Shown here piece after piece: positions 34,698 to 44,781 of a stretch of 64,000 bases of DNA. Source of the stretch: Turneriella sp. (GTDB lineage Bacteria; Spirochaetota; Leptospiria; Turneriellales; Turneriellaceae); contig CBDIID010000003.1 of assembly GCA_965279515.1 (NCBI GenBank), forward strand, positions 2,144,001-2,208,000, read 5' to 3'. A program made the translations under genes and the position numbers. The notes beneath the pieces are model-generated. The model was given only the letters and a program-made list of their open reading frames with translations. It was not told where the DNA came from and ran no database searches. Every line of letters begins with the position of its first letter. Within the stretch, counting starts at the first letter, position 1.

Positions 34698-37124
34698 TCA
34701 GAATTTTATCTCCACACCGAAATTAGGAATGAATGGCGCCGAGTTAATCGGCCGCTGCACCTCGGGATTACCAGCGCCATAGGGCTGGTTGTAATACCAG
34801 CGCTGCTGCGTCTTTGGATGGTAGAACATCGCCGTCATGTTGAGAATCTCAAAATAGAACGACGCCTCACCCCAGTGGTGACGGTTACGGTAAGTATAAC
34901 GCATATTGAGCAGCAAAAACGGGTCGAAAGTTGCGGTGTTGGGTATGGTATTATTTTTGGGTGCATACCTACCCGTGCCCTTTGGGTCACCGTCATCACC
35001 AACTATGGTTGTGTAGGGAGCGGATGAAACGGCTTCAAAGCGCCAGCTGAGCGTGTGGTTATTGTGGCGGTAACCGCCGACGAGCTTGAAATTATGGTAC
35101 TGCTGGTATTGCGAACTGATCTCCGTATTCGCATATGGTTGATTGGGTACTCCCGTCAGCAATTTGGCATTGGTGTAAGTATAGTTGATCCAGCCAAAAA
35201 AACCCTGCCCGTTATCGCTGTCGGCTTTTTTGAGCGTGATCTCGAAACCAAAATTCTTCGACTTGCCTGAGTTGATGCGTGTGAGCTGCGTACCATCCGC
35301 CGAAATATTTGCAGCGTCCGTGTACGAATTCGCCTGGTTGAAGAAATAATTATAAAAAAATTCTGACTTGATGCTGAACCCTGAAAAAGCCTGTTCGAAA
35401 CCCGCTGCGCCATGCCATGCCTTTTCGGCGGTATATTCCTTCGCCACGCTTACCGTCGGGTCCGACTGGAAATAGTTCGGGTTTGTCTGCACAAATTGGC
35501 TGTATTGCCCGCCCGCAACAGAGATCTTTGTCGCCGACTCAAATTCATACGACAGAAGCCCGCGCGGATCGACGGTGGTTTCGCGGTTGCGGTCGAGATA
35601 GTTCGCCCTCACCCCCGGTAAAAATGTCAGCCCACCGACGACGAGTTTGTTTTCGATATGCCCTGCGACGACACGGTTCGAGCCGGCGTTTGAATAGGGC
35701 ACAATGCGGTACGAAGTCGGGTCGTCGAAATCGATGCGTGCCGGCGCCGGGTTGTTGTTCAGGATCTGTTGCCCCGTATTGCTGAAATCAAAATAACGGA
35801 ACTCGGCCCCCGCCTGCAGGAATGTCTGCGTATTCAGCCAGTAGAATTTCGCGGTATCCTGGATGCCAAACACATTCGGCAAGGCATCGCGCCGCACCGT
35901 TATATTGACGTTATATGCCGAGTTGTTGCGGTTATCAAAGATACTCTGCTTCGTCAGCGATGAGAAACCCATCAGCGTATTCGAAAATTTTTTCGGAACG
36001 ATATAGTCGTGATAGAGTCCCTGGCTATGCGCCATAATTTCCAGATTCGTCGAGCGCGCGAATGTCAACGGATCGGCGCCGGCCTGGTCGGCAGCGCGCG
36101 CCGCAGCCGCTTCGGGCGAGGTGTTTAATACCAGGGTATCGCGGCTGCCAAAGACGAGCACGCGCAGGGAATGGTGTTGATTCAAATCATACTTCGCCTT
36201 CGCCTGGTAATCCCAATAGCGGGGCAAGGCATCAATGGTGGTATTTTGGATTTTCTCAAGTACCGGCAAGAACAGATCGATATAACTTTTTCTACCGCCG
36301 ATCATCCAGTACCCCGCGTTCTGCTTCTCTTTCGTGCCGGGCGCCGAAAAATTGATCGGTACTTTAATGATGGCGTTACCCGAAATGGCATTCACATCCA
36401 CAATCGTACCGAATTCTTTTACTGCATCGATGGTGTTGAAGCTGATCACCCCGCCACTGGCAAAGCCGAAGTGTGCCGGATACGATGATGAGTATAAATC
36501 TACCGACTTCAACAGCTCCACCGGCACCACGGCATGGAATCCGCCAAAATGCTGTGCATTGAGAATCGGTATGTCGTCGATCAGGTAGAGGTTGAGGTTG
36601 GGGTTCGCGCCGCGGATCACAAGCGTGCCAAAGAGACCGCCTGTACCGCCGCCGCCTGTCGTGCTCACCCCCGGCAAGGTGCGTAGCGATTGAATCGGAT
36701 CGTTGAAGCCGCCGGCAATATCCTTGATGTTCTCGCGCGTCAGGGTATTGCGCGAAAGGGTCTGGATATCACGATCACCGTATAGCCTGACCTTGCCGGC
36801 GCGGACGGTAGGCAATTCCATGAAGTAGTTTTTAACCGTATTCTTATCGATCTTTTCCGTCACAACAAGATCGGCGCGGCCGGCGACTTTGAAGACAATC
36901 GTGTACGTACCGGGCTTCTCGACCGGTAAAATAAAAGTGCCCTGCTCTGAAAGCCGCGCCTTAAATTTCAGTTCGCGTATGACAACGGTACCACCTTCGA
37001 CCGCTTCTTTACTCCCGAGATCACGAACAGTGCCGGAAAAGAGCAAGGGCGCGGCGTTGATACCTGCGGTTGCGACGAGCAGAGCGGGTAAGAAAATTCT
37101 AATAAGACTTCCGCTGCGAGACAT
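34698..37124 (-). CDS. TonB-dependent receptor with N-terminal carboxypeptidase-regulatory-like domain
   Basis: Plug DPIQSLRTLPGV, IRG, IDDIPI..HFGG; barrel; C-terminal PNFGVEIKF. Confidence 0.92.
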   Translation of the reverse strand: MSRSGSLIRIFLPALLVATAGINAAPLLFSGTVRDLGSKEAVEGGTVVIRELKFKARLSEQGTFILPVEKPGTYTIVFKVAGRADLVVTEKIDKNTVKNYFMELPTVRAGKVRLYGDRDIQTLSRNTLTRENIKDIAGGFNDPIQSLRTLPGVSTTGGGGTGGLFGTLVIRGANPNLNLYLIDDIPILNAQHFGGFHAVVPVELLKSVDLYSSSYPAHFGFASGGVISFNTIDAVKEFGTIVDVNAISGNAIIKVPINFSAPGTKEKQNAGYWMIGGRKSYIDLFLPVLEKIQNTTIDALPRYWDYQAKAKYDLNQHHSLRVLVFGSRDTLVLNTSPEAAAARAADQAGADPLTFARSTNLEIMAHSQGLYHDYIVPKKFSNTLMGFSSLTKQSIFDNRNNSAYNVNITVRRDALPNVFGIQDTAKFYWLNTQTFLQAGAEFRYFDFSNTGQQILNNNPAPARIDFDDPTSYRIVPYSNAGSNRVVAGHIENKLVVGGLTFLPGVRANYLDRNRETTVDPRGLLSYEFESATKISVAGGQYSQFVQTNPNYFQSDPTVSVAKEYTAEKAWHGAAGFEQAFSGFSIKSEFFYNYFFNQANSYTDAANISADGTQLTRINSGKSKNFGFEITLKKADSDNGQGFFGWINYTYTNAKLLTGVPNQPYANTEISSQYQQYHNFKLVGGYRHNNHTLSWRFEAVSSAPYTTIVGDDGDPKGTGRYAPKNNTIPNTATFDPFLLLNMRYTYRNRHHWGEASFYFEILNMTAMFYHPKTQQRWYYNQPYGAGNPEVQRPINSAPFIPNFGVEIKF

Positions 37125-37176
37125 CGTCTGTGTGCATTAGGGAAAAGACCCCGGCTGCGTCGATTTGGTTCCTGAA

Positions 37177-38073
37177 TCAAGATTTGGCAGTAAAGATGCG
37201 CGCCATCATCTTGTCGGCGTCGTCGGCGAATTTCTCTGTGGGTGTGTCTCCAACGGTGTCGACGACCCATGCAGCTCCGTCGCCATCGAGGTAAAAAATG
37301 TAATCGTTCGGCGCATAGGCGACCGGAACCCAGCTGGCATCATCACCGCGCGGATCTTTATGTGCGCCGCTCTTGAGACAGGCATAGGCGCCGAACAGCC
37401 AGTCATACCCTTCTTCGCCGGGGGCATCCGCCGCAACGAGGCCGCCATAACGCTGATCAAAAACCAGCACCGCTCCATGCAACGCGTACTTTCGATCGCT
37501 GAGCAGGGCGCGGAGTTTTTCATCATCGCCGCGCTGCTTCAAATCGAATGTGGGTTTGAGCTTTGCAAGGCGCTTATTCGCTTCAGCGCCGATGAATGCC
37601 GTTAAATTTGTGGAAATCGGTTTTGCCGCTTTTTTAGCCGGTGACCTCTTGATTTTGCCCGCGTTCGCCATCGCTGCGGCACGGATCACTTCGAATTGCT
37701 CACGGTCTTTTACGCCGGCGACATTCAAACTCGAAAGCATATAAACCGCGGCGTCCATTACCGTCGCGCCGCCCTCTTGCCAGCCGCGGTCTTTTTTTGC
37801 GAGCCAGGCAAGATTACCGGCCGCGGTACGTGCCCACGATACCGCGCGGTCTTTTTCACGCTGCGCAAACGGAACGCCATCTTCAAAACTCAGGTTCGCT
37901 GCCGCCTGCAATGCTTCAGGCTCGACTTCCTCTCCGGCGAGCCAGCGCTCGACCAGAGCAAACGCGGCCTGAGTGGCCGACGGTATTACCTTCCCTAAAC
38001 CTGTAAAATCGGCAAAGGCACTGCGCACGACTGCCGCATAACCGACAACTTCGAGAGCGTGATCCTTTTTCAT
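37177..38073 (-). CDS. Hypothetical protein, possible two-domain immunity protein (helical N-domain + SUKH-like C-domain)
   Basis: AAFALVERWLAGE helical motif; AVLVFDQRYGGL, WVPVA, FYLDGDGAAW resemble SUKH fold. Confidence 0.5.
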   Translation of the reverse strand: MKKDHALEVVGYAAVVRSAFADFTGLGKVIPSATQAAFALVERWLAGEEVEPEALQAAANLSFEDGVPFAQREKDRAVSWARTAAGNLAWLAKKDRGWQEGGATVMDAAVYMLSSLNVAGVKDREQFEVIRAAAMANAGKIKRSPAKKAAKPISTNLTAFIGAEANKRLAKLKPTFDLKQRGDDEKLRALLSDRKYALHGAVLVFDQRYGGLVAADAPGEEGYDWLFGAYACLKSGAHKDPRGDDASWVPVAYAPNDYIFYLDGDGAAWVVDTVGDTPTEKFADDADKMMARIFTAKS

Positions 38074-38110
38074 TGAACATATGGCGACGGCACCGGAAAG
38101 GGTGTAAACC

Positions 38111-38917
38111 GTGATTCCTCTTTCTGACTGCATTAGGATCTCCCAGGAACTGGCGCAGGCGTTCGGGGTTGAAACATTTACCGTACTCGAAGAAGGCGCA
38201 TATCCCGCGTGTGCGGTCAGCGTCGGCGGTTCACATTTGCTGTTAGTCAGGCATTTTGGTTCTTCGTTCGGAATTTCTTTGCCGACGGATACAAGTTTTT
38301 CGTTTCGTAATACAGCCGATTTCAAAAATGCCATGCCTGAAATTATTCGGGCAACGAACGCATACCGCGGGAAAAATCCAGAGGTTGTCACCATGGCAGA
38401 TGTGGCAATCTGTCTGAAGCCGGTAATCCTCACACTCACCTCACCATGGCGCTGCGATTTCCCCGGAACGCCAGTGCCTTCCGAAGCCTGGCTCAAGAGC
38501 GGCGCTTACGCAATCGGCCTTTTTCAGGAAGGCGCAGCGGTGCAGATTTTTGTCTGGGTCGGTTCAGAACCGGAGACTTTCCATGCCGGCTCGGCGAAAA
38601 TTCTAACCGACCTAAGTACATGGATTTTACCACAGCTACGGGCACAGGCGCACAGGGCGGTTGAAATTGCCGCAGAAGAAAAAGCCGCGGCAGCCATAGA
38701 GCCGCCGACTCTCGCAGAAGCTATGGCGGCCCTGCAACAGGGCAAGCGTATACAGCTGGGTGTGGGCCGCTGGTATAAAACCTATTTTTTAAGCGAAGGA
38801 AAACTCCGCTGCGAAGTTTTCGACGAAGGCGCTTACGATGAATACGCTGCCACGGCAGAAGAATTCACAGACTCGCTAAAGGCAAACGCCCAACAGGCGC
38901 GCGCGCAGTTACAATGA
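38111..38917 (+). CDS. Hypothetical protein
   Basis: 268-aa ORF with protein-like composition filling the gap. Confidence 0.65.
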   Translation: MIPLSDCIRISQELAQAFGVETFTVLEEGAYPACAVSVGGSHLLLVRHFGSSFGISLPTDTSFSFRNTADFKNAMPEIIRATNAYRGKNPEVVTMADVAICLKPVILTLTSPWRCDFPGTPVPSEAWLKSGAYAIGLFQEGAAVQIFVWVGSEPETFHAGSAKILTDLSTWILPQLRAQAHRAVEIAAEEKAAAAIEPPTLAEAMAALQQGKRIQLGVGRWYKTYFLSEGKLRCEVFDEGAYDEYAATAEEFTDSLKANAQQARAQLQ

Positions 38918-40012
38918 ATTCGAAATAGTTTCCATCATGCGCAGCCAGGCATCCCTGCGCAGGTTACCTTCCGATTTTCCCAAACGCAAAACAACGACCT
39001 GCGTACGCGGATTGACCAGGGTATACTGGCCTAAATGGCCGATGGCAAAATACGTTCCGTTATTTTCGCGCGGCAGCCACCACTGGTATCTGTACCTGAG
39101 CTCGCCGGCGTTCAATGCCTTTGCCTGGTTGCGTGATTCTTTGAGCCACGCCACGGGAACGACCTGGTTACCCCGCCAGTTCTTGCCATCGATGCTCAGC
39201 GCGCCGAGCTTAATGAAATCGCGGGCGGTTGCTGTGAGGCAGCAATAGACTTTCTCTATGCCATTATCATTATCGACGGACCACGAGCCGGCATACTCTG
39301 CGCCCATTTTTTCCCAGATGCTGCGGCGGAAATACTCCGTGATCGTTTCTTTTTTTAACCTGCGCCGCAAGGCCACACCCAAAAGTGCAGTGTCGGCGCT
39401 CTTGTAATTGAAGCCGGCCCCCGGAACACCGGTGACTTTTTGCGTCAATGCCCTTTGCTCCAGATCTTTGTCATAATAGTACCAGGGCGCATCGCCACCG
39501 ATGGGGTTATCCGAATCGCTGTAGTCCGAACCAGAAGTCATATTCAGAAGATTTTCCAACGTGACGCGGTCGTACCCACGCCCCACAAGTTCCGGGATGT
39601 AATTCGCTACCGGATCGTTCACGCCGGAAATCCATCCCTCTTCGAGCGCGCGGCCAAACAGCATCGAAAAGTAAGACTTGCTCATGGAAAATGCCAGCGA
39701 GATGGTATTTTCGGCTGCACCGTTCAGGTATTTTTCATAGACAAGCTTTTGATTTTTCAACACCAGAAAGGCCGTGGTGTTATTTTCAGACAACAGTTGT
39801 TCAAACGTCTGGAATTTTGCAGCAAAGCCGGCGGGAACTTCGGGTGCGAAGGCATTCTCACTGCCGAGTTTCCACGGCTGCGCTGCAGCCGGCAAAGGCC
39901 GTGAAGGAAAAATCTTCCAGTCATCGATCGTGGAAAAATTATGATAGACGATGCGCGAAAACGTACAGGCGCCAGGAAAAATCAGAAGCGCCCAAAGCGG
40001 TAACCGCAGCAC
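38909..40012 (-). CDS. Serine hydrolase, beta-lactamase class C/6-aminohexanoate-dimer hydrolase family
   Basis: FSMSKS (SxxK), LLNMTSG, FNYKS, GHLGQY; start uncertain (GTG 40012). Confidence 0.88.
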   Translation of the reverse strand: MLRLPLWALLIFPGACTFSRIVYHNFSTIDDWKIFPSRPLPAAAQPWKLGSENAFAPEVPAGFAAKFQTFEQLLSENNTTAFLVLKNQKLVYEKYLNGAAENTISLAFSMSKSYFSMLFGRALEEGWISGVNDPVANYIPELVGRGYDRVTLENLLNMTSGSDYSDSDNPIGGDAPWYYYDKDLEQRALTQKVTGVPGAGFNYKSADTALLGVALRRRLKKETITEYFRRSIWEKMGAEYAGSWSVDNDNGIEKVYCCLTATARDFIKLGALSIDGKNWRGNQVVPVAWLKESRNQAKALNAGELRYRYQWWLPRENNGTYFAIGHLGQYTLVNPRTQVVVLRLGKSEGNLRRDAWLRMMETISNSL

Positions 40013-40109
40013 AAAGCAGCGAAGCCATAACCCTACCTCGGTCAAGCAATTATGCAGGTTTGTAACGGCTTTACAGAAGAGCTTGCAGAGCCAAACCGTC
40101 AAATGTCGG

Positions 40110-40772
40110 ATGAGCTATCTCTGGCACTACAAGCGACTTCTCAACACCGAGCTCGAACACGGCCAGCGGCTCACGGCCCTCTATTCCTGCCTTACCCGCC
40201 TCAGCCAGGTCGAAGGCAAACCGCGCTCTGAAATCGCCGCGGCGCTGCTTGAGGGTATAGCCGAAAGCCGGCAGGCCGTGCAAAAAGAAGATCTGCCGCA
40301 GCTCGCGGCGCGGCTCTTCCATTACCGCAACACATTGCTCAAGGGCAGAATCACCGACGCGAACCGCAACCGACAGGCAAAGATCGATAAGAAAAATTTG
40401 CAGCGCCAGATCAATGAAACCTTGAATACAGTCCAGGACCGCCGAGTCGGCTTCTTCAAAGAATTGCCGTATGGACGCTCCGACGAATCGATTGAAGATT
40501 GGTTGCTGCCCAAAAACAGGGAACCTTCGCATGACAGGGAAACACTGCTTGCATACCTAAGAACCGGTGAACCGCGTTCCGTAGCCGCCGGCATTGAAAC
40601 CGACGTTCTTGCGAAAGAGAAGAAGATCATTGGCCCGATGCGTATTCTCAGCGACGGCAACTGGCAGTGGCCGGCATCACTCACCTATTACGTGGAGAAC
40701 TATAATTTGCAAATACCGCAAGAATTCGTCAGCTATGTGGAAGCGCAAACACGCCTGAGGCAGCTCGGCTGA
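40110..40772 (+). CDS. Two-domain hypothetical protein
   Basis: C-domain LAYLRTG..DV..LSDG.WQWP..L.YYV..Y...P.EF; N-terminal helical domain. Confidence 0.65.
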   Translation: MSYLWHYKRLLNTELEHGQRLTALYSCLTRLSQVEGKPRSEIAAALLEGIAESRQAVQKEDLPQLAARLFHYRNTLLKGRITDANRNRQAKIDKKNLQRQINETLNTVQDRRVGFFKELPYGRSDESIEDWLLPKNREPSHDRETLLAYLRTGEPRSVAAGIETDVLAKEKKIIGPMRILSDGNWQWPASLTYYVENYNLQIPQEFVSYVEAQTRLRQLG

Positions 40773-42269
40773 TTATTTTCCCGGATAAGAGGTTTTGGAG
40801 TGGGGGTCGGTCTCAAACATGGCTTCTTCAAAATCGGAAAAACCGTCGCCATCAGAATCACGGAAAATCTCCGCGGCGTCGACACCCGGCACTCCCGCTT
40901 CGGTCCATCCGGCAAAAAGAGACCTGAGATCGCGGCCTGAAACCTCGACAATCAGTTCTTTAATCTGCGCGGTGTCCAAAAATTTTCCGCGTTCATACAT
41001 CCGCCTGTGCAGCTTCAGCCAGCCCTGGTAGCCCAGCTGGCGATACAACATGTACCAGAATGCCGCGCCCTTGTCGTACTGGAATTCTGTATCTTTATCA
41101 AGCAGAGACTTAACGAAGCGGTTTTTTTTCGCATCGTCATAATCCTTGAACTTCAGCACGTCCCTGAGGTAGGTCGGCTTTTTTTGAAACACTTCGCGCA
41201 GTATCACGTTGGCGACATAGGTCACGCCCTCTTTCGACCAGCGGTTCGCGTAGAGGCAGGCCCAGTTGTGCACCAGTTCGTGGCGTGAAACATTCGCCGG
41301 TTTGTCCTTTTCGTTAAATTGAAAAACGATACCGGTACGGTTGTTGTGCGCTTTGTGCGCATAGTAGTACGGTCCGCGACTCAAAACCATGCCGAGATTT
41401 TTGTGATCGGCCGGCAGCGGATATACCTTCGCATAGAGATCCTGCATTTTCGCGATACCGTCGTCAACGGCTCCTTTCGCCCATTTGTCCCAACCGTCAG
41501 GATAAATCACCGCGAAACTATAAGCGTCCTTGCCCATCTGAAAAGATTTTTGCGCGGCGCGGTAAGCCAGGGGGGATGCCTCGCCGGATATTTCTATGTT
41601 ATCGAAGTCGACGGCATTTTGCACAAAGGTTTTTTCGAGCCGGCGATCGCGGTTGGGGTTCAACTGATTGCCCATCGTGTCCATATAAAGCGCGAAGCCG
41701 GCGTAAGCAGCCATCTCGGGCAAGGTCACGACCTCACCCTCGCTGGCGCTCGAAGGCATGCGCGGCGCGGTGATGAGATCTTTGCCGTCGACGGAGAGCG
41801 TGAACTCGTCGCCGCTGCGGTCGATCTTGAAGGTGTGCCAGGTGTTGCGGCTGAAGGGATATCCCACCTGCTGGATTTTTTTACCGCTGTTCGTGTGACT
41901 GGCAAGCAACGTCACCTGCTGCGCCTTCAGATCGATATGGAAGTACAAAAGATTTTCGAGCAGATTATACCGAGTGTCAGCGACAATGTTGAAGTGCGAA
42001 TCGGCATCACCCGCGGCGCGAGCCTGAATTGAAAACAGCGCATTCCTGCCCATCATGGGCAGAATATTCAGATAGGCACTCCCCTTTTGTTTAAAGCGGG
42101 CTTTGAGTGTCCCCTCGACCACGGAGAAACACTCGTCCTGAAACTGCACATAGTTCTTTGTCGTCGCGAGGCTGTCGCTCGAGAATTCGTCGCGGAAAAC
42201 GGGCGGGGGTGTGACGGAGAGAATCTCAGAGATCGGCAGGAGTATGGTAACGAAGAGAACAATCCGCAT
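40773..42269 (-). CDS. Secreted protein: beta-sandwich domain, gluzincin-like HExxH peptidase, Ca-binding tail
   Basis: Signal peptide; HELVHNW...WSKEG; YDKGAAF; C-terminal DSDGDGFSDFEE..TDP. Confidence 0.7.
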   Translation of the reverse strand: MRIVLFVTILLPISEILSVTPPPVFRDEFSSDSLATTKNYVQFQDECFSVVEGTLKARFKQKGSAYLNILPMMGRNALFSIQARAAGDADSHFNIVADTRYNLLENLLYFHIDLKAQQVTLLASHTNSGKKIQQVGYPFSRNTWHTFKIDRSGDEFTLSVDGKDLITAPRMPSSASEGEVVTLPEMAAYAGFALYMDTMGNQLNPNRDRRLEKTFVQNAVDFDNIEISGEASPLAYRAAQKSFQMGKDAYSFAVIYPDGWDKWAKGAVDDGIAKMQDLYAKVYPLPADHKNLGMVLSRGPYYYAHKAHNNRTGIVFQFNEKDKPANVSRHELVHNWACLYANRWSKEGVTYVANVILREVFQKKPTYLRDVLKFKDYDDAKKNRFVKSLLDKDTEFQYDKGAAFWYMLYRQLGYQGWLKLHRRMYERGKFLDTAQIKELIVEVSGRDLRSLFAGWTEAGVPGVDAAEIFRDSDGDGFSDFEEAMFETDPHSKTSYPGK

Positions 42270-42349
42270 AACTCTCTGCAATAAATGGTAAACTTTGCGT
42301 CAACGAATTGCGCTTTACATTTGAAATGAAAACGCGCGTCACGGGCTGC

Positions 42350-43396
42350 ATGATTGGCAGCGATCAGCTTATCACACAGCTTCTGCAAAACCTCACCGCA
42401 TTTGAAACGATCCAGCTACGGCTTGATCCGCAGCGGCTGGCCGAATACGAGGCCCAGGTAAAAGCACTACCGGATTTTTCGGCCGTCGCCGAGACCTTGC
42501 GCGCTGTAGAGCTACCGGAGGCCCAGGCGTTTCCACAACGACAGCTCCTCAAAGCTGCTGCGCAACTGGCGAAAGGCAAAGAGATTTTTCTGACGGCCGA
42601 AGCCGGCCGCGCGGGTTTCATGGGTATCTTCCGCTCGCTGCGCTTTTTCTGCCGGGCATATGAAGCGCTCTATCCGCTCGCGCCGTTTTACAAGGATATT
42701 CACAGGTTTTTTCTCGAGTCGGCCGATGACGTGCTGCCAGAGCGCAAGCCCACGCAGGTCGCCGACACTGTCGCGCGCGGCATCCAGAATTTTGAAAACG
42801 AACGCGGTCAGCGCGGTGGATTTACCCTGTACGTGCCGGAATATTACACTGCCGAAAGAGACTGGCCGCTCATCGTCGCGCTCCACGGCGGGTCTGGCCA
42901 CGGTGCGGATTTTTTCTGGAACTGGTTGCCTACGGCGCGCTCGCGTGGTGCGATTCTGCTCGCGCCGAGTTCAAAAGAGAATACCTGGTCGCTGCAAGAT
43001 CCCACAGTCGATGGTAAGGCAATCCTCAAAATGGTGAGCGATATTATTGCGCGCTATAAAGTCGATGCCAGTCGCATGATGTTGACAGGCATTTCGGACG
43101 GCGGCACGTTTGCGATGATGCTGACCTCGTCAGCGATGAATATCTTCAGCCATACGGCGCCGCTGGCCTGCGCGGGCCATGCTTTCACAGCCCACGCGCA
43201 AAAGTTTTCCGGAAAAAAAATCTACCTGGTTCATGGCGGCAGGGACTGGATGTTCCAGGTTGCGCCGGTGCGACAGGCAGCCGGGGCATTAAAGGCGGCG
43301 GGCGCGGAAATCGTCTACCGCGAAATCGCCGACCTCTCGCACAACTACCCGCGCGATGAGAATGCCGCGATTTTCGATTGGTTGATAAAGCCTTAA
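42350..43396 (+). CDS. Phospholipase/carboxylesterase (alpha/beta hydrolase)
   Basis: PLIVALHGGSG, GISDG nucleophile, HGGRD, LSH. Confidence 0.85.
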   Translation: MIGSDQLITQLLQNLTAFETIQLRLDPQRLAEYEAQVKALPDFSAVAETLRAVELPEAQAFPQRQLLKAAAQLAKGKEIFLTAEAGRAGFMGIFRSLRFFCRAYEALYPLAPFYKDIHRFFLESADDVLPERKPTQVADTVARGIQNFENERGQRGGFTLYVPEYYTAERDWPLIVALHGGSGHGADFFWNWLPTARSRGAILLAPSSKENTWSLQDPTVDGKAILKMVSDIIARYKVDASRMMLTGISDGGTFAMMLTSSAMNIFSHTAPLACAGHAFTAHAQKFSGKKIYLVHGGRDWMFQVAPVRQAAGALKAAGAEIVYREIADLSHNYPRDENAAIFDWLIKP

Positions 43397-43425
43397 TTGA
43401 TGCACATTACACACAAGCGGTAAAA

Positions 43426-44304
43426 ATGCGAAGCCTGATCACTCTGATGACAATCACCCTGCAGTTTCTTAGCTGCATCCGGCAAGAGTCTGTTAAAACG
43501 CCATCGGGAAACCGCCCTTATCAGCTCAACGTTCCCGAACAAATCAAACCCGGTCAAGCCTATCCGCTGGTGATTTTACTCCATGGCCACGGCGGTTATG
43601 GTCCAAAAACCAGCTCATACTTCGGCTTCGACAAACTTGTCGATTCGAAAGGTTTTATTCTCGCCATGCCGGAGGGTACGCGGCGGTGGTTTCTGGGCAA
43701 GCGTTACTTCAATGCCACCGATCTCTGTTGCGCCTTTGTGCAAAACCCGCCCGACGATGTCACATACATTGATGCTGTCATCGACGATGTTTCTGCAAAA
43801 TATATGATCGATGAGAAGCGCATCTTCGTTGCCGGACATTCCAACGGCGGCTACATGGCGTATCGTTATGCCTGTGACAGGGCTGAAAGGGTTGCGGCTA
43901 TCATCAGCCTTGCCGGCGCCATGTGGACGGACACCTCGCGCTGCGACCCCGAAGAGCCTGTTGCGGTATTACAGATTCACGGCGACGCAGATACCATTGT
44001 TCCTTATGAGAGCGTCGATAATTACCAGGGTTCGTCGACAACGCATATTTCTGCACATGAAACAGCCGCCGCCTGGGCCGGCTTCAACGGTTGCAAAGCG
44101 ACATCGGAAACAAACGAACAAGCTTTGGATCTTATTGCCGATGAAGATCCTCCGCTCGGAAAAGAAACAACGCTTGAAAAGTGGGGTAGCTGCCGCGGCG
44201 CCGAGTTATGGACTCTGCAAGGTGGCAGCCATAAGCCGCGCCTCAACCAGCCGATCTGGGCCGAGTCGCTCTATGCATGGCTCATGGCGCATCCAAAACC
44301 GTGA
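43426..44304 (+). CDS. PHB-depolymerase/LpqC-like esterase lipoprotein
   Basis: FLSC signal, PLVILLHG, NA..CC, DDV, GHSNGG, HGDAD, GSH. Confidence 0.88.
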   Translation: MRSLITLMTITLQFLSCIRQESVKTPSGNRPYQLNVPEQIKPGQAYPLVILLHGHGGYGPKTSSYFGFDKLVDSKGFILAMPEGTRRWFLGKRYFNATDLCCAFVQNPPDDVTYIDAVIDDVSAKYMIDEKRIFVAGHSNGGYMAYRYACDRAERVAAIISLAGAMWTDTSRCDPEEPVAVLQIHGDADTIVPYESVDNYQGSSTTHISAHETAAAWAGFNGCKATSETNEQALDLIADEDPPLGKETTLEKWGSCRGAELWTLQGGSHKPRLNQPIWAESLYAWLMAHPKP

Positions 44305-44309
44305 TTAAG

Positions 44310-44723
44310 CTAATTCTTCGCCGCCCTGAGCCCCAGCAGCGCGGCAATGCCCGTGCACGCGGCCGGTACCGGAAAAAAGAACAGCGCACTGAGCACGGAA
44401 ATTCCCAGCACGCCGACACTATTCAGAATCAACAACTTGCGCCCCACGCCCTCGAGGCCACCTTTGCCCGAAAGCATAAAAAAGCCAATCCCCAAAATAA
44501 ACAGGAACAGGCTCATACCAATATTATTGCCCAGGAAAATGTCCGCGTATGTCTGCGCCTTGCCTACAGGCATCGGTACCAGCGTCGCCTTCATGACCGC
44601 AACAGCCCTCGTCACCTCAACCTGGGCCGCGGGTATCGGCATAAACGTGCCGGCCGTATGGCCAAGGCAGGTAAATAACGTCAGCGCCCCCGCGACGCGC
44701 AAAAAAAGTTTTGATGTATTCAT
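44310..44723 (-). CDS. Small integral membrane protein
   Basis: Four hydrophobic segments, GHT motif, FFPVP. Confidence 0.75.
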   Translation of the reverse strand: MNTSKLFLRVAGALTLFTCLGHTAGTFMPIPAAQVEVTRAVAVMKATLVPMPVGKAQTYADIFLGNNIGMSLFLFILGIGFFMLSGKGGLEGVGRKLLILNSVGVLGISVLSALFFFPVPAACTGIAALLGLRAAKN

Positions 44724-44734
44724 ATGATAGCTTT

Positions 44735-44773
44735 AAACTAAAATCGGGCGCGTCAAATGCTTCCAACGCCCGA
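44735..44773 (-). terminator. Rho-independent terminator
   Basis: TCGGGCG...CGCCCGA stem followed by TTTTAGTTT on minus strand. Confidence 0.6.
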
Positions 44774-44781
44774 CATTCGAC

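Noticed and set aside
38074..38496. N-terminal 141 aa of the 439-aa ORF
   Set aside because: Antisense to 38111-38917; ATG 38073 gives a non-overlapping divergent pair
39951..40109. N-terminal extension of the 273-aa ORF
   Set aside because: Overlaps the serine hydrolase on the opposite strand
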